From the NCBI GenBank assembly GCA_963667035.1, contig OY762964.1, positions 64,001-128,000 of the forward strand: 64,000 nt of DNA, written 5' to 3'. Below are positions 10,566-19,147 of this stretch, piece by piece; the first letter of the stretch is position 1, and each line of letters opens with the position of its first letter. Both the position numbers and the translations under genes were made by a program. Source of the stretch: Candidatus Cloacimonadales bacterium (GTDB taxonomy: Bacteria > Cloacimonadota > Cloacimonadia > Cloacimonadales > JAFGVF01). Below the pieces are notes generated by a model. That model saw nothing but the letters and a program-made list of their open reading frames with translations, ran no database searches and had not been told where the DNA came from.

Positions 10566-11300
10566 TTAATTATCAATACCACTAAAAATTAAAGGGTCAG
10601 AAGGTTTTTGTTTATCGCTTTCAGGTTCTTGTATTCTAGTGATAAATAAGTTCTCCTTGATTTTATTAAGTAGTTCTGAATCAGTATCTATATCCTTCAG
10701 CTTCATTATTAACTCAAATAATACTGCTTCATGCCAATCCACTACTAATTCAAACTCTGAAGTAATAGCTATAAGCTTTTTAATCTCCTTTGCAACATCC
10801 TTTATAGGCCTTTTGACTTTATCGTTATCTTTTGTTCCAAACCATTTTAGTTGTTCAAAACAAATTATAGAGTTTAATTTATTCCTTCTCCCTTCTTCAT
10901 CAATCTTATAAAAAAAGGATAGCATAAATTGAGGTATCAAATCAGAAACTCTAGACTTTTTTACTCTTGTAATCACTTCCTTATAATATTCATGTATTTC
11001 AAATTCTAATTTCGTGTAGTGGTGTAGTCTTTGTATATTAAAATATAGCTTTTTGAAACATTTGTCATTACTATTTAGCTCATCTACAAAACTTGTACCA
11101 AACGCTGATTGAAACAACTCCCTATATCTTACTCTTAATACATTTAAATTCTTTTCAAGCGTATTTTTTATTCCTATCAATGTGGTAGAATATTCACAGA
11201 TTTTGGCTAGGCTAATCTCCTCTTTGCTTATTGGCTCATCTAGTGCATTTGCCAAATTTGTTCTATTAAGATAAACTGTGTTGACTATAAGTTTATCCAT
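10566..11300 (-). CDS. Hypothetical helical protein
   Basis: 244-aa ORF packed 2 nt behind the upstream stop; no motif recognised. Confidence 0.65.
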   Translation of the reverse strand: MDKLIVNTVYLNRTNLANALDEPISKEEISLAKICEYSTTLIGIKNTLEKNLNVLRVRYRELFQSAFGTSFVDELNSNDKCFKKLYFNIQRLHHYTKLEFEIHEYYKEVITRVKKSRVSDLIPQFMLSFFYKIDEEGRRNKLNSIICFEQLKWFGTKDNDKVKRPIKDVAKEIKKLIAITSEFELVVDWHEAVLFELIMKLKDIDTDSELLNKIKENLFITRIQEPESDKQKPSDPLIFSGIDN

Positions 11301-11302
11301 AA

Positions 11303-12793
11303 TTAAATCCTTAATCCAAGATCATAAATCTTTTCAAGTAAAGAAACTTTTCTTATAGCATGATTTTCAAGATCTATAGTCTTAAAAGTATCAGCAAGTA
11401 AATCGTTTATTTCTCTCAGAGAATCACCACTAACCACATAGCAGAGTGGATTTTGCATGTTTGCTAATGTCTTCTTTACTAAATTTAGAATTATTCCCAG
11501 TTTCTCTGATGGAAGGTATTTATCAGCAACATGGTTTGAGAAAGCTTTAATATGCTTATCAAGTTGCATATTTATCATTATAAGAGATTGCCAACGAGTA
11601 TGAGTCATCTCACAAATACCAAGTAATGTTGGAAGAACATAAGATGCGGGTTTCTTTTCGTTATCACTACATATTGTGAGAATCGCTCTTCTTGACATTT
11701 GCAAATACAGTCTGGAGTCCAGATACAGATTATTAAACCCTTTATATTGTGAATTCATTGAAAATGTGCTATAAGAGGGTTCTATTCGAAAGTCCTCATA
11801 TTTTGAGTCAACCATTCTATATAAGAAAGGAACAATCTGCTGTTCGTATTTCTCAATTCTTTCCAGTTTATGTTGTATTGCAATATCACGAGTAACGTTA
11901 GGAAGTGTTGAGCAGAATGAGTCTAGGGCTTCTCCTTTATCTAATTCCAGATTAATAACAACCCATGGGATACTGGATTCATAATTATCATCAATTTTGA
12001 TAAGGTTTTCTTTTACACAGAATAAGGAGATTATATTGTCCATTGTAAAAACTGTTATCTTATATTTATCTTCATTACTCAATTTTTTATTGTTTGAAAA
12101 GAATGGTTGGAATCTTGATATAAGCTTTTCGAAGATTATTTTTCTATCAATTGTGTAATAATCGTGTAATACATCAATAAAAGCTTTATTAGCTTTTAAA
12201 TATTCTAATAAAGATTTTTTATTGCTTTTTACAATTTCCGGTATACTATTTTCGCGTTTGTTAATCTCACCAGGACTCAAAAGAGCTTCTAGATAATCCA
12301 AATTGGCAGCAATCAATTTCTCATTAACGTATTCTCTATAAAGTTCATAGATAGTTGTTTTATTATTTTTCCCAGCAATTTTAATTCTCTTCTTTGATGA
12401 TTTATTCCCTTCTGTACTTATTAAGTGAGATAACTCATAAGCCTCTTGGGTTGATAAAAATTCACCTTCACTCTTTTCCGCTACTACATGAAAAGTGAGT
12501 GAGCATCCATGAGAGTAATAACGAAACAATGGATAAATTGTTAGGTTGATTTCACCTACTTCGGCTACTATGCTTTTTAATTCTTCATACCCCATCTCTA
12601 TGTTTAGATTGAGATAGGACGAGAGTCCAATTCTATTATAGTGTTCATCGGTAGGTTTCCCTTTCCCTGACATCTTGGTATTTTTGTAAGTTGAATTAAT
12701 AAAACTATCAATCACTCTTTTATCGTAGGTCATATCCCCTGCTACAGGTATAAAAGAGTAAATAAAGTTATATGTTGCTCTCCTAATATTCAT
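11303..12793 (-). CDS. Hypothetical protein (possible CorA-like soluble domain without TM segments)
   Basis: 496-aa ORF with GAGGG RBS; first gene of the operon; the CorA-like resemblance is weak. Confidence 0.65.
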   Translation of the reverse strand: MNIRRATYNFIYSFIPVAGDMTYDKRVIDSFINSTYKNTKMSGKGKPTDEHYNRIGLSSYLNLNIEMGYEELKSIVAEVGEINLTIYPLFRYYSHGCSLTFHVVAEKSEGEFLSTQEAYELSHLISTEGNKSSKKRIKIAGKNNKTTIYELYREYVNEKLIAANLDYLEALLSPGEINKRENSIPEIVKSNKKSLLEYLKANKAFIDVLHDYYTIDRKIIFEKLISRFQPFFSNNKKLSNEDKYKITVFTMDNIISLFCVKENLIKIDDNYESSIPWVVINLELDKGEALDSFCSTLPNVTRDIAIQHKLERIEKYEQQIVPFLYRMVDSKYEDFRIEPSYSTFSMNSQYKGFNNLYLDSRLYLQMSRRAILTICSDNEKKPASYVLPTLLGICEMTHTRWQSLIMINMQLDKHIKAFSNHVADKYLPSEKLGIILNLVKKTLANMQNPLCYVVSGDSLREINDLLADTFKTIDLENHAIRKVSLLEKIYDLGLRI

Positions 12794-13351
12794 ACAAATA
12801 ACCCTCTATCTAATGAATTATAATGTATAAAAATAGTATTTGAGAAATTTTGTCAATGAAAATCTGACTATATAATAATCATGTCATTGTGAAACAATGT
12901 TAAAAATCTAAGCAATTAGCTGATTATGCGGAGTTTCCGTAATAATTCCTTAAGTGTCATTTAGCCAAAATAATACAGCTACGTAAAATATCATTAATCT
13001 AAATGAGAAACCTTTTGAAAAACAAAATGGGCTTTCAATGAATCCACCTTTGCGATTGCTTGATAAGCTATTTTGCCTCTTCTAAACTTCTCAAAAGTTT
13101 GCTCGAAAGGGATGAGCAAAGTGGGGAGTGCAATCAAAACCTCGGTTTTTAGTTATCTGGATGCTATATGCTGAAGAATTGCTTATTGTATATTCGATGT
13201 TTGATTCACTTTATTTTTGCTTAACGAGAAATGACACAATTTCAAAAGGAAGATTTGTCACTAAATTATTACTGATTATAATGTAATTGACAACAAAACC
13301 TTAGAAAGGAAGTTTGTCTTAGAAACAATTAGGTCTTTTATAGCTTTATAT

Positions 13352-13704
13352 GGGGGTGTACAGGTTTCGACAGGGAATCTGGAGGATTAGTGATGCATGT
13401 CGAGGAGTTTACCTACTCGTTAATCATGGTGGAAACTAAACTTAAACGCAAACGATAATTTTGCATTTGCTGCTTAATTAGCGGCACGGACCGCTCAGCC
13501 TCGCCGAATGGTTGTACCGGTTTGTCAAACAGCTCGGATAAGTACTCAGCAAGTCTGTAGTGAGTAACGAAAACTTAACAGGCTGGTTCTCGAAGAGTTC
13601 TGATTATCTTCCTCAAGAGAGCGAGAAATAAAAGATAACTAAACATGTAGATTCGCTTTTTGGCCGTTCTTTGGACGCGGGTTCGATTCCCGCCACCTCC
13701 ACCA
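13352..13704 (+). ncRNA. ssrA: tmRNA
   Basis: 5' GGGGGTGTACAGGTTTCGAC; 3' GACGCGGGTTCGATTCCCGCCACCTCCACCA; tag ORF 13448-13477 ANDNFAFAA*. Confidence 0.97.
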
Positions 13705-13747
13705 AGCTTCCATAAAACCCTATAAATTAAATCAATAAGAAATATCT

Positions 13748-13900
13748 ATGTTTTATGCCTATATCTTACAAGTCAGAGATATCCAACTAAACACTATACA
13801 GGTTTTACAAAGTACCTTGTAAACTAACTTGAAAAGCAATTCAATTTGAGAAATACCTGAAGACAGACTAGGATTTGTATTTTCGAAGTGACATCTCAGG
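13748..13900 (+). pseudogene. Small GIY-YIG nuclease (YhbQ-like) remnant
   Basis: MFYAYILQ / SQRYPTKHYTGFT / AIQFEKYLKT pieces interrupted by a frameshift, stops and an internal deletion. Confidence 0.65.
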
Positions 13901-13955
13901 AAGCTTATTAAAATGAAGCACCTTATTCATAGAGAATTCTTGAGACAAATGTGTT

Positions 13956-14140
13956 TCTTTCGCCCCTATAGGGCTGACACTAAATAATGAATTAACCACA
14001 TGCCAAAGCATGTGGCTATTGAACTTACGCCATTTCATGGCTGTGGTTATCAGCTCTGAAAGAGCTTTCGTTTAATAGCCCCATGTGTAAGCGTGGGGAT
14101 ATAGAATCCTCCAAATACAAAGCCCTGTAGGGGCGAAAGA
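13956..14140. repeat. REP/REPIN-like palindromic element
   Basis: Terminal IRs tctttcgcccctatagggct / agccctgtaggggcgaaaga; internal hairpins ccacatgc-caaa-gcatgtgg, agctctgaaagagct, ccccatg-tgtaag-cgtgggg. Confidence 0.75.
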
Positions 14141-14254
14141 GAAAAGGCAAAAGGATGTGATCTATGTACTCATAGATTTCACTTTATAAATCTAATGACG
14201 GAGGTTTATTAATGATTATTATGCAATCGCTCCAAGACTATGTATAGCAAGTCT

Positions 14255-14617
14255 CTATTTCAACCATTCCATAGCTTTATCGTAATCTGACGTAATCATA
14301 AAGAACAAACCCCGATTGTTAGTAACTGTTTCATAGAAGTTGGCTTCTTCAAGCTCGTGTTTATCAACTAATATTGCTACATGACCTACCCATGGAGTGG
14401 CTTCTTTTATCTGCCTAGCTAATCTCACGGTATCAAAAGAGTCAAGCCCGTGTTTCAAATTCTGCTCATCGCAAAATAAATTCTTACTTCCATGTTTAAT
14501 AACCATATCAATAACTGCCTGTGCATATTCAAAAGTGTCTTCAAGCTTCTCTGCAATACCCGAAGTATAAACCTTAAGAAGTTCACCATCTAACTCAAAT
14601 CTGTACTCAATCTTCAT
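14255..14617 (-). CDS. Hypothetical protein (STAS/SpoIIAA-like small domain)
   Basis: Start moved to MKIEYRF after an AGAAGGA RBS; ends FYETVTNNRG...DYDKAMEWL. Confidence 0.6.
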   Translation of the reverse strand: MKIEYRFELDGELLKVYTSGIAEKLEDTFEYAQAVIDMVIKHGSKNLFCDEQNLKHGLDSFDTVRLARQIKEATPWVGHVAILVDKHELEEANFYETVTNNRGLFFMITSDYDKAMEWLK

Positions 14618-14839
14618 ATACTTAATCCTTCTTAAAACTATGTTATTATTATAGAGATTATACATAGAATAGACCATTGCTTCAAAATAATTATATCCCC
14701 AAAAATCGCAATTTATTTATTTTTTCTTTTTGATTTAATATATCTCATTGCATCAGTTAACTGCCAAACTCAGCATTATATTATTAGCTCTCACTGTTTT
14801 TGTGGAGTCTGTCAGATACGTAGCTTGTGGAGAATTAAC

Positions 14840-14910
14840 GGGAGTAAAAAGAAGGTTCACACACATGAATAGTAAATCAATAAAGAGAAAGATGGATAGA
14901 GTTGTAAAAG
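14840..14910 (+). mobile_element. IS256-family left-end fragment
   Basis: gggagtaaaaaga-aggttcacacacatgaa...atggatagagttgtaaa matches the end and transposase start of the IS256 remnant at 52295-52175 (minus strand). Confidence 0.7.
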
Positions 14911-14929
14911 ATACATAAATTCTTCTTAC

Positions 14930-14959
14930 TTGACATTTAAAGTAAGTTATGACTATTTT
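14930..14959 (+). promoter_or_regulatory. Putative sigma70-type promoter
   Basis: TTGACA, 18-nt spacer, TATTTT, about 30 nt before the leader ORF. Confidence 0.55.
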
Positions 14960-14991
14960 GGAACAAATACTAAATGATATTGGAGGAACAC

Positions 14992-15033
14992 ATGAACATG
15001 AAATCAATTAGAAAGGAATCTAGTACAAGATAA
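14992..15033 (+). CDS. Putative leader peptide MNMKSIRKESSTR
   Basis: GGAGG RBS 6 nt before ATG; stop codon directly precedes attenuator segment 1. Confidence 0.65.
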   Translation: MNMKSIRKESSTR

Positions 15034-15174
15034 GTCTAATCTCATTTAAGTATTTCCGGTAGTGACAGACACAACGATTTAAGCTAAAAAATATAATCTT
15101 GGGATTAGGCAAGAGCACGTCTAATCCCAAAGTAGTTTTAAGAGCCTTTGGGACATAGTTTCAAAGGCTCTTTT
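15034..15174 (+). promoter_or_regulatory. Transcription attenuator (alternative hairpins plus terminator)
   Basis: Seg1 gtctaatctca pairs with seg2 tgggattaggc; seg2 pairs with seg3 gtctaatccca; seg3 tcccaaag pairs with ctttggga in the 5' arm of terminator aagagcctttg...caaaggctctttt. Confidence 0.75.
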
Positions 15175-15212
15175 ACGTTTAACAAGAAAACAATATATCA
15201 AAAGGAGTAATA

Positions 15213-15371
15213 ATGAAAGTAGCTGAAGTATTGAATGGAAATGTACATGTTGCAACACACACTAGAGAAGTAAATGAAATTGAGTATATAATTAATCATA
15301 TTAACCGGAGAAAAAATGAATACAAACTACATAGAATTAGTAAAAGAATACATAAGCAGACACTACAATGA
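15213..15371 (+). CDS. Small 52-aa ORF overlapping the kinase start
   Basis: AAGGAG RBS; MKVAEVLNGNVHVATH...IHKQTLQ*; different frame from 15316. Confidence 0.4.
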   Translation: MKVAEVLNGNVHVATHTREVNEIEYIINHINRRKNEYKLHRISKRIHKQTLQ

Positions 15372-17016
15372 AGAGATAGTTGAAATTGATAGATTAACGA
15401 CAGGATTATGTCACTACGTTTATAATGTTAGATTCAATAACGACAAAGAGGTAGTAATAAGAATAGCAAGAGAAGGCACTGAATCTTTAATCAAAAGCGG
15501 AGTTTATTGGAATACGTATCTTAAAGGGTTAGAGCTTCCTCTAGCAAAACTACTACACTATAACTTAGAAGATAAACTTCCGTATATGATTGTTGCCAAA
15601 CTTCCGGGAAAAGACTTATGCTATGTGTATGATGAGATGACAGGAGATCAGAAACAAGCACTAGCTAGAGAGATAGTTAGCATGCAGAGTTTGGTATCAA
15701 AACTACAGAAAAATGATTATTTCGGGTATGCCCGATGCTACAATGACAGCAATCTTCAAGATAATAATAGTTGGAAAGATGTTATATTTAAATCAATAAT
15801 GCGTTCTAAAAGCAGACTTGAAAAGACCGGGGTATTCGATCTTATATATGCGGAACAACTTCTTTCAAAACTACATAAGTACAACGACTATTTGGATAGA
15901 ATCAGACCTAAACCTTTCCTTGATGATATAACCACTAAAAATGTACTTATCCATGAAGGAAAATTAGCCGGTATAGTTGATGTTGATAATGTATGCTTTG
16001 GCGATAGACTCTTTCATGTTGCTTTGACGCGTATGGCATTATTGTCACAAAGTAGCGATACAGACTATATCGACTATATGTTAGATGAGTATGACCTTGA
16101 ACCTCAAAAGATAGAGATTCTTAACTTTTATACAACTGTGTGCTGTCTTGATTTCATGAGCGAAATTGGACAGAAATTCAATAAAGATTCTATACCTGAG
16201 GTTGATTTTGAGAGAGTTAAACTGTATGAATCAATCTTCCAGAAGTACTTGAATTCTGATAATGTAATGAAAACCGACCTTATGCGTTATGGTGATTCTT
16301 GTGTAGATTTCTACAATGAGAATATCATTGCAGATATAATTAGAGTAGTAAAACAAGGCAAAGAAGCTACTGTTCTTTGTTGCAAATCACACGAAAGCAT
16401 GGATAGCGACTTCATGGCTGTTAAGTTGTATAAAGAAAAGAAATATAGGAATTTCAAAAGAGACAGAGTATATCATATAGGTAGAGTGTGGGACCAAAGA
16501 TTACTCAGAGCTATTAAGAAGAAAACAGCTGTTGGGCAAGAAGCTGAAAGATCCAATTGGGTGAGTAATGAATATAATACATTAGCTACCCTTTATGATG
16601 CGGGAGTCAATGTTCCAAAACCCATTGCTCATACACATGATGCCATTGTTATGGAGTTCTTAGGTGAGCAAGATTTGTGCTCATCATTACTTAAGGATAC
16701 GAGATTCACTAAAGATGAAGCAAAGATAGTATTTACAAAGCTAATGGATGATATAGAGACAATGCTCGAACTTGAAATTGTTCATGGTGATCTATCTGCT
16801 TACAATATCCTTTATCATAAAGAGGAACCATACATTATTGATTTCCCTCAAGCAGTTAATCCATCAGTAAATCAATATGCGTTTGATTTGTTGGTTCGAG
16901 ATATCGCTAACGTGTGCAAATATTTCAAGCGATATGATATTGAAGCAAACCCGGATGAAATAGCACAAAGATTCTGGACTCCTAGATATGGCCAATTCCG
17001 CAGATTTGAAGTATAA
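15316..17016 (+). CDS. Fusion of an APH-like phosphotransferase and a RIO1-family kinase
   Basis: N-half: VVIRI, LPGKDL, FLDDITTKNVL, GIVDVD, GDRLF; C-half: KQGKEATV, AVKLYK, AGVNVPKP, VHGDLSAYNIL, IIDFPQAV. Confidence 0.85.
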   Translation: MNTNYIELVKEYISRHYNEEIVEIDRLTTGLCHYVYNVRFNNDKEVVIRIAREGTESLIKSGVYWNTYLKGLELPLAKLLHYNLEDKLPYMIVAKLPGKDLCYVYDEMTGDQKQALAREIVSMQSLVSKLQKNDYFGYARCYNDSNLQDNNSWKDVIFKSIMRSKSRLEKTGVFDLIYAEQLLSKLHKYNDYLDRIRPKPFLDDITTKNVLIHEGKLAGIVDVDNVCFGDRLFHVALTRMALLSQSSDTDYIDYMLDEYDLEPQKIEILNFYTTVCCLDFMSEIGQKFNKDSIPEVDFERVKLYESIFQKYLNSDNVMKTDLMRYGDSCVDFYNENIIADIIRVVKQGKEATVLCCKSHESMDSDFMAVKLYKEKKYRNFKRDRVYHIGRVWDQRLLRAIKKKTAVGQEAERSNWVSNEYNTLATLYDAGVNVPKPIAHTHDAIVMEFLGEQDLCSSLLKDTRFTKDEAKIVFTKLMDDIETMLELEIVHGDLSAYNILYHKEEPYIIDFPQAVNPSVNQYAFDLLVRDIANVCKYFKRYDIEANPDEIAQRFWTPRYGQFRRFEV

Positions 17017-17045
17017 TATGTTAAAGCAGTATTGATACAAAAATT

Positions 17046-17069
17046 AAAGCCACCTCAAAAGGTGGCTTT
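17046..17069 (+). terminator. Terminator after the kinase fusion
   Basis: aaagccacct-caaa-aggtggcttt. Confidence 0.8.
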
Positions 17070-17210
17070 ATAACTTGACATCATTGACTTTAGAAACAAA
17101 CTACGCCAAAGAATTGTGGGAGTTTATCAGGGCTTTGCGAGAGCGGACTTCCTTAATTCTTCAAACAGCAATTCCGGCAAATTCCCTTTGATTACAGCCA
17201 ATTTAACTCC

Positions 17211-17362
17211 TCTATCAATGCTCTATCTTAATAACAAGATTATTTGGGTAAGTCCCTCCTGATAAACTTGTCACTCACTTGTCCGGCATAACAAGAAAAT
17301 CATCTGAATTGCACAAGCTTTGCTCAAGAGATTCCCACTTATTGAGATAGAGCATTGATAGA
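17211..17362. repeat. 24-bp inverted repeat pair with 104-bp spacer
   Basis: tctatcaatgctctatcttaataa (17211-17234) / ttattgagatagagcattgataga (17339-17362), one mismatch. Confidence 0.85.
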
Positions 17363-17411
17363 AAAGTGAGGAAAATAAAACTGAGACAAACCTGCGATTT
17401 GATCTAATAAA

Positions 17412-17440
17412 TTGACATTATAAGGGAAACTATGTAATCT
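17412..17440 (+). promoter_or_regulatory. Putative sigma70-type promoter
   Basis: TTGACA, 17-nt spacer, TAATCT. Confidence 0.6.
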
Positions 17441-17474
17441 TGCGTCTCAATCAGTAATCATAAAGAAAGGATAA

Positions 17475-18728
17475 TTGCAGACAATGCTCGTTTACGAAAG
17501 AAACAATTACCGGATCATGATAATCTGTGCTATAGGGATTGCTCTACTGGGAATTAGCATTGACGGTTTTATTCCGAGTTTTCAAGGCTTTTTGAAACTT
17601 CAAACTCATGCAGCAAGGCTGATTAATGATTTTACCGTGATTGGTGGTACCGGAGGAGCTCTTTTAAATGCCGGCATCATGGGATTACTATCACTACTTT
17701 TAATTAAGGTCTGTGATATCAGTCTTTCCGGTCCCACTATCGCAGCTTTCTTCACGATTGTTGGTTTCAGTCTATTTGGTAAAACACCTTTTAATGCCAT
17801 ACCTATCGTATTGGGTGTATTTCTCGCAAGTAAAATCAGCAGGAAGTCATTTAGTAGCTTTATTCTCTTCGCCCTTTTCGGCACAGCTCTTGGTCCTTTG
17901 GTTAGCTACATAATATTTGAAGCGGGAATCACAGGGATATATGCAATACCTATTGGTATTCTCGGTGGTATCATAGCAGGTTTCTTCCTTCCGAGTTTGG
18001 GTGTCGCAATGCTTCGTATGCATGAAGGGTTTAACCTCTACAACATCGGTCTTACTTGTGGTTTCTTAGCCCTCTTTTTTGCATCTTTCCTCGTAGGAGC
18101 AAGGCAAGATATAGGAATCAAGATTATCTGGAATACAGAACCCCATTTAGGGCTGATTCTTCTCACTCCGGTCATATCATTACTATTAATAATCTGGGGT
18201 GCAATCATGGATGGTTCTCAATTATTCAAGAACCTTGTTAAAATCATGAAACTTCCCGGTCGACTCCCAACAGACTTTATGTCCAATGTGTCTCCCGGAT
18301 CTTCTTTGGTAAATGCAGGACTTTTAGGATTAGCAGGAACAATATACCTGCTATTAATAAAAGCTCCTCTGAACGGTCCTGTGATTGGTGGACTATTTAC
18401 AGTAATCGGGTTTGCTACTTTTGGTAAACACCTTAAGAATTGCTGGGCTCCAGTATTGGGTGTTATTATAGCAACCTTACTCTACGGCAAAGCTCTTAAT
18501 GCTCCCGGACCTGTGTTAGCTGTGCTTTTTGTTACTACTCTTGCTCCGTTAAGCGGACAGTTTGGTCCAATAGTAGGTATCGCAGCAGGATTTGTTCATT
18601 TATCTTTAGTAGAACGTAGTGCAGCTTGGCACGGAGGATTGGATTTATATAATAATGGTTTTGCAGGTGGCTTAACAGCTACTCTTTTCTTAGCAATAAT
18701 TCAATGGTTTAAAGGAATAAAGAAATAA
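17475..18728 (+). CDS. DUF1576-family multi-pass membrane protein
   Basis: Internal duplication (NDF..GG.GGALLNAG / TDF...PGSSLVNAG), GFSLFGK, FGTALGP, HEGFNLYNIG, HGGLDLYNNGFAGG; start could be ATG 17484. Confidence 0.8.
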   Translation: MQTMLVYERNNYRIMIICAIGIALLGISIDGFIPSFQGFLKLQTHAARLINDFTVIGGTGGALLNAGIMGLLSLLLIKVCDISLSGPTIAAFFTIVGFSLFGKTPFNAIPIVLGVFLASKISRKSFSSFILFALFGTALGPLVSYIIFEAGITGIYAIPIGILGGIIAGFFLPSLGVAMLRMHEGFNLYNIGLTCGFLALFFASFLVGARQDIGIKIIWNTEPHLGLILLTPVISLLLIIWGAIMDGSQLFKNLVKIMKLPGRLPTDFMSNVSPGSSLVNAGLLGLAGTIYLLLIKAPLNGPVIGGLFTVIGFATFGKHLKNCWAPVLGVIIATLLYGKALNAPGPVLAVLFVTTLAPLSGQFGPIVGIAAGFVHLSLVERSAAWHGGLDLYNNGFAGGLTATLFLAIIQWFKGIKK

Positions 18729-18743
18729 TAAGGAGTTCTCTTT

Positions 18744-19127
18744 ATGCAGGATAAAGAATACTTACTTCATATAATTGGAGAGATATCCAACTTCATTTTG
18801 GAATCAAAACCCCGTAAAATGGTAATCAGTCTTCATCAAGAAGAAGACGGTATGCACCTTGCAGTTGTCGATAATAATATTCGTACTGACGCAGAGCTCG
18901 AAGAAATAAACAAAGCTTTAAATACAGGCACTCGCCCCGAATTAGCAGAATACTATGGTACGATGAGCGGAAGCGATATGTTTGGAGCTGCCAGACTCAA
19001 CCTTATTGGCTGGAAAATAAAGCATGCCGATGTCAGTCGCACATCAAGTGGCACTAAGATTGACTTATGGGTTGGAAGCGACCGCTTTGATGCGAGCTAT
19101 TTTAATATCCCGGAAAAGAAGAAATAA
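18744..19127 (+). CDS. Hypothetical protein
   Basis: AAGGAG RBS; operonic with the DUF1576 gene. Confidence 0.7.
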   Translation: MQDKEYLLHIIGEISNFILESKPRKMVISLHQEEDGMHLAVVDNNIRTDAELEEINKALNTGTRPELAEYYGTMSGSDMFGAARLNLIGWKIKHADVSRTSSGTKIDLWVGSDRFDASYFNIPEKKK

Positions 19128-19147
19128 TAATATACAGGAAGAATTGG

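Noticed and set aside
17110..17410. Lysine, SAM-I, TPP or c-di-GMP riboswitch, SRP or 6S RNA, or retron ncRNA
   Set aside because: Only isolated short motif matches (aaaggg..gccg, ggagggac, ctgaga); full consensus absent; no RT nearby
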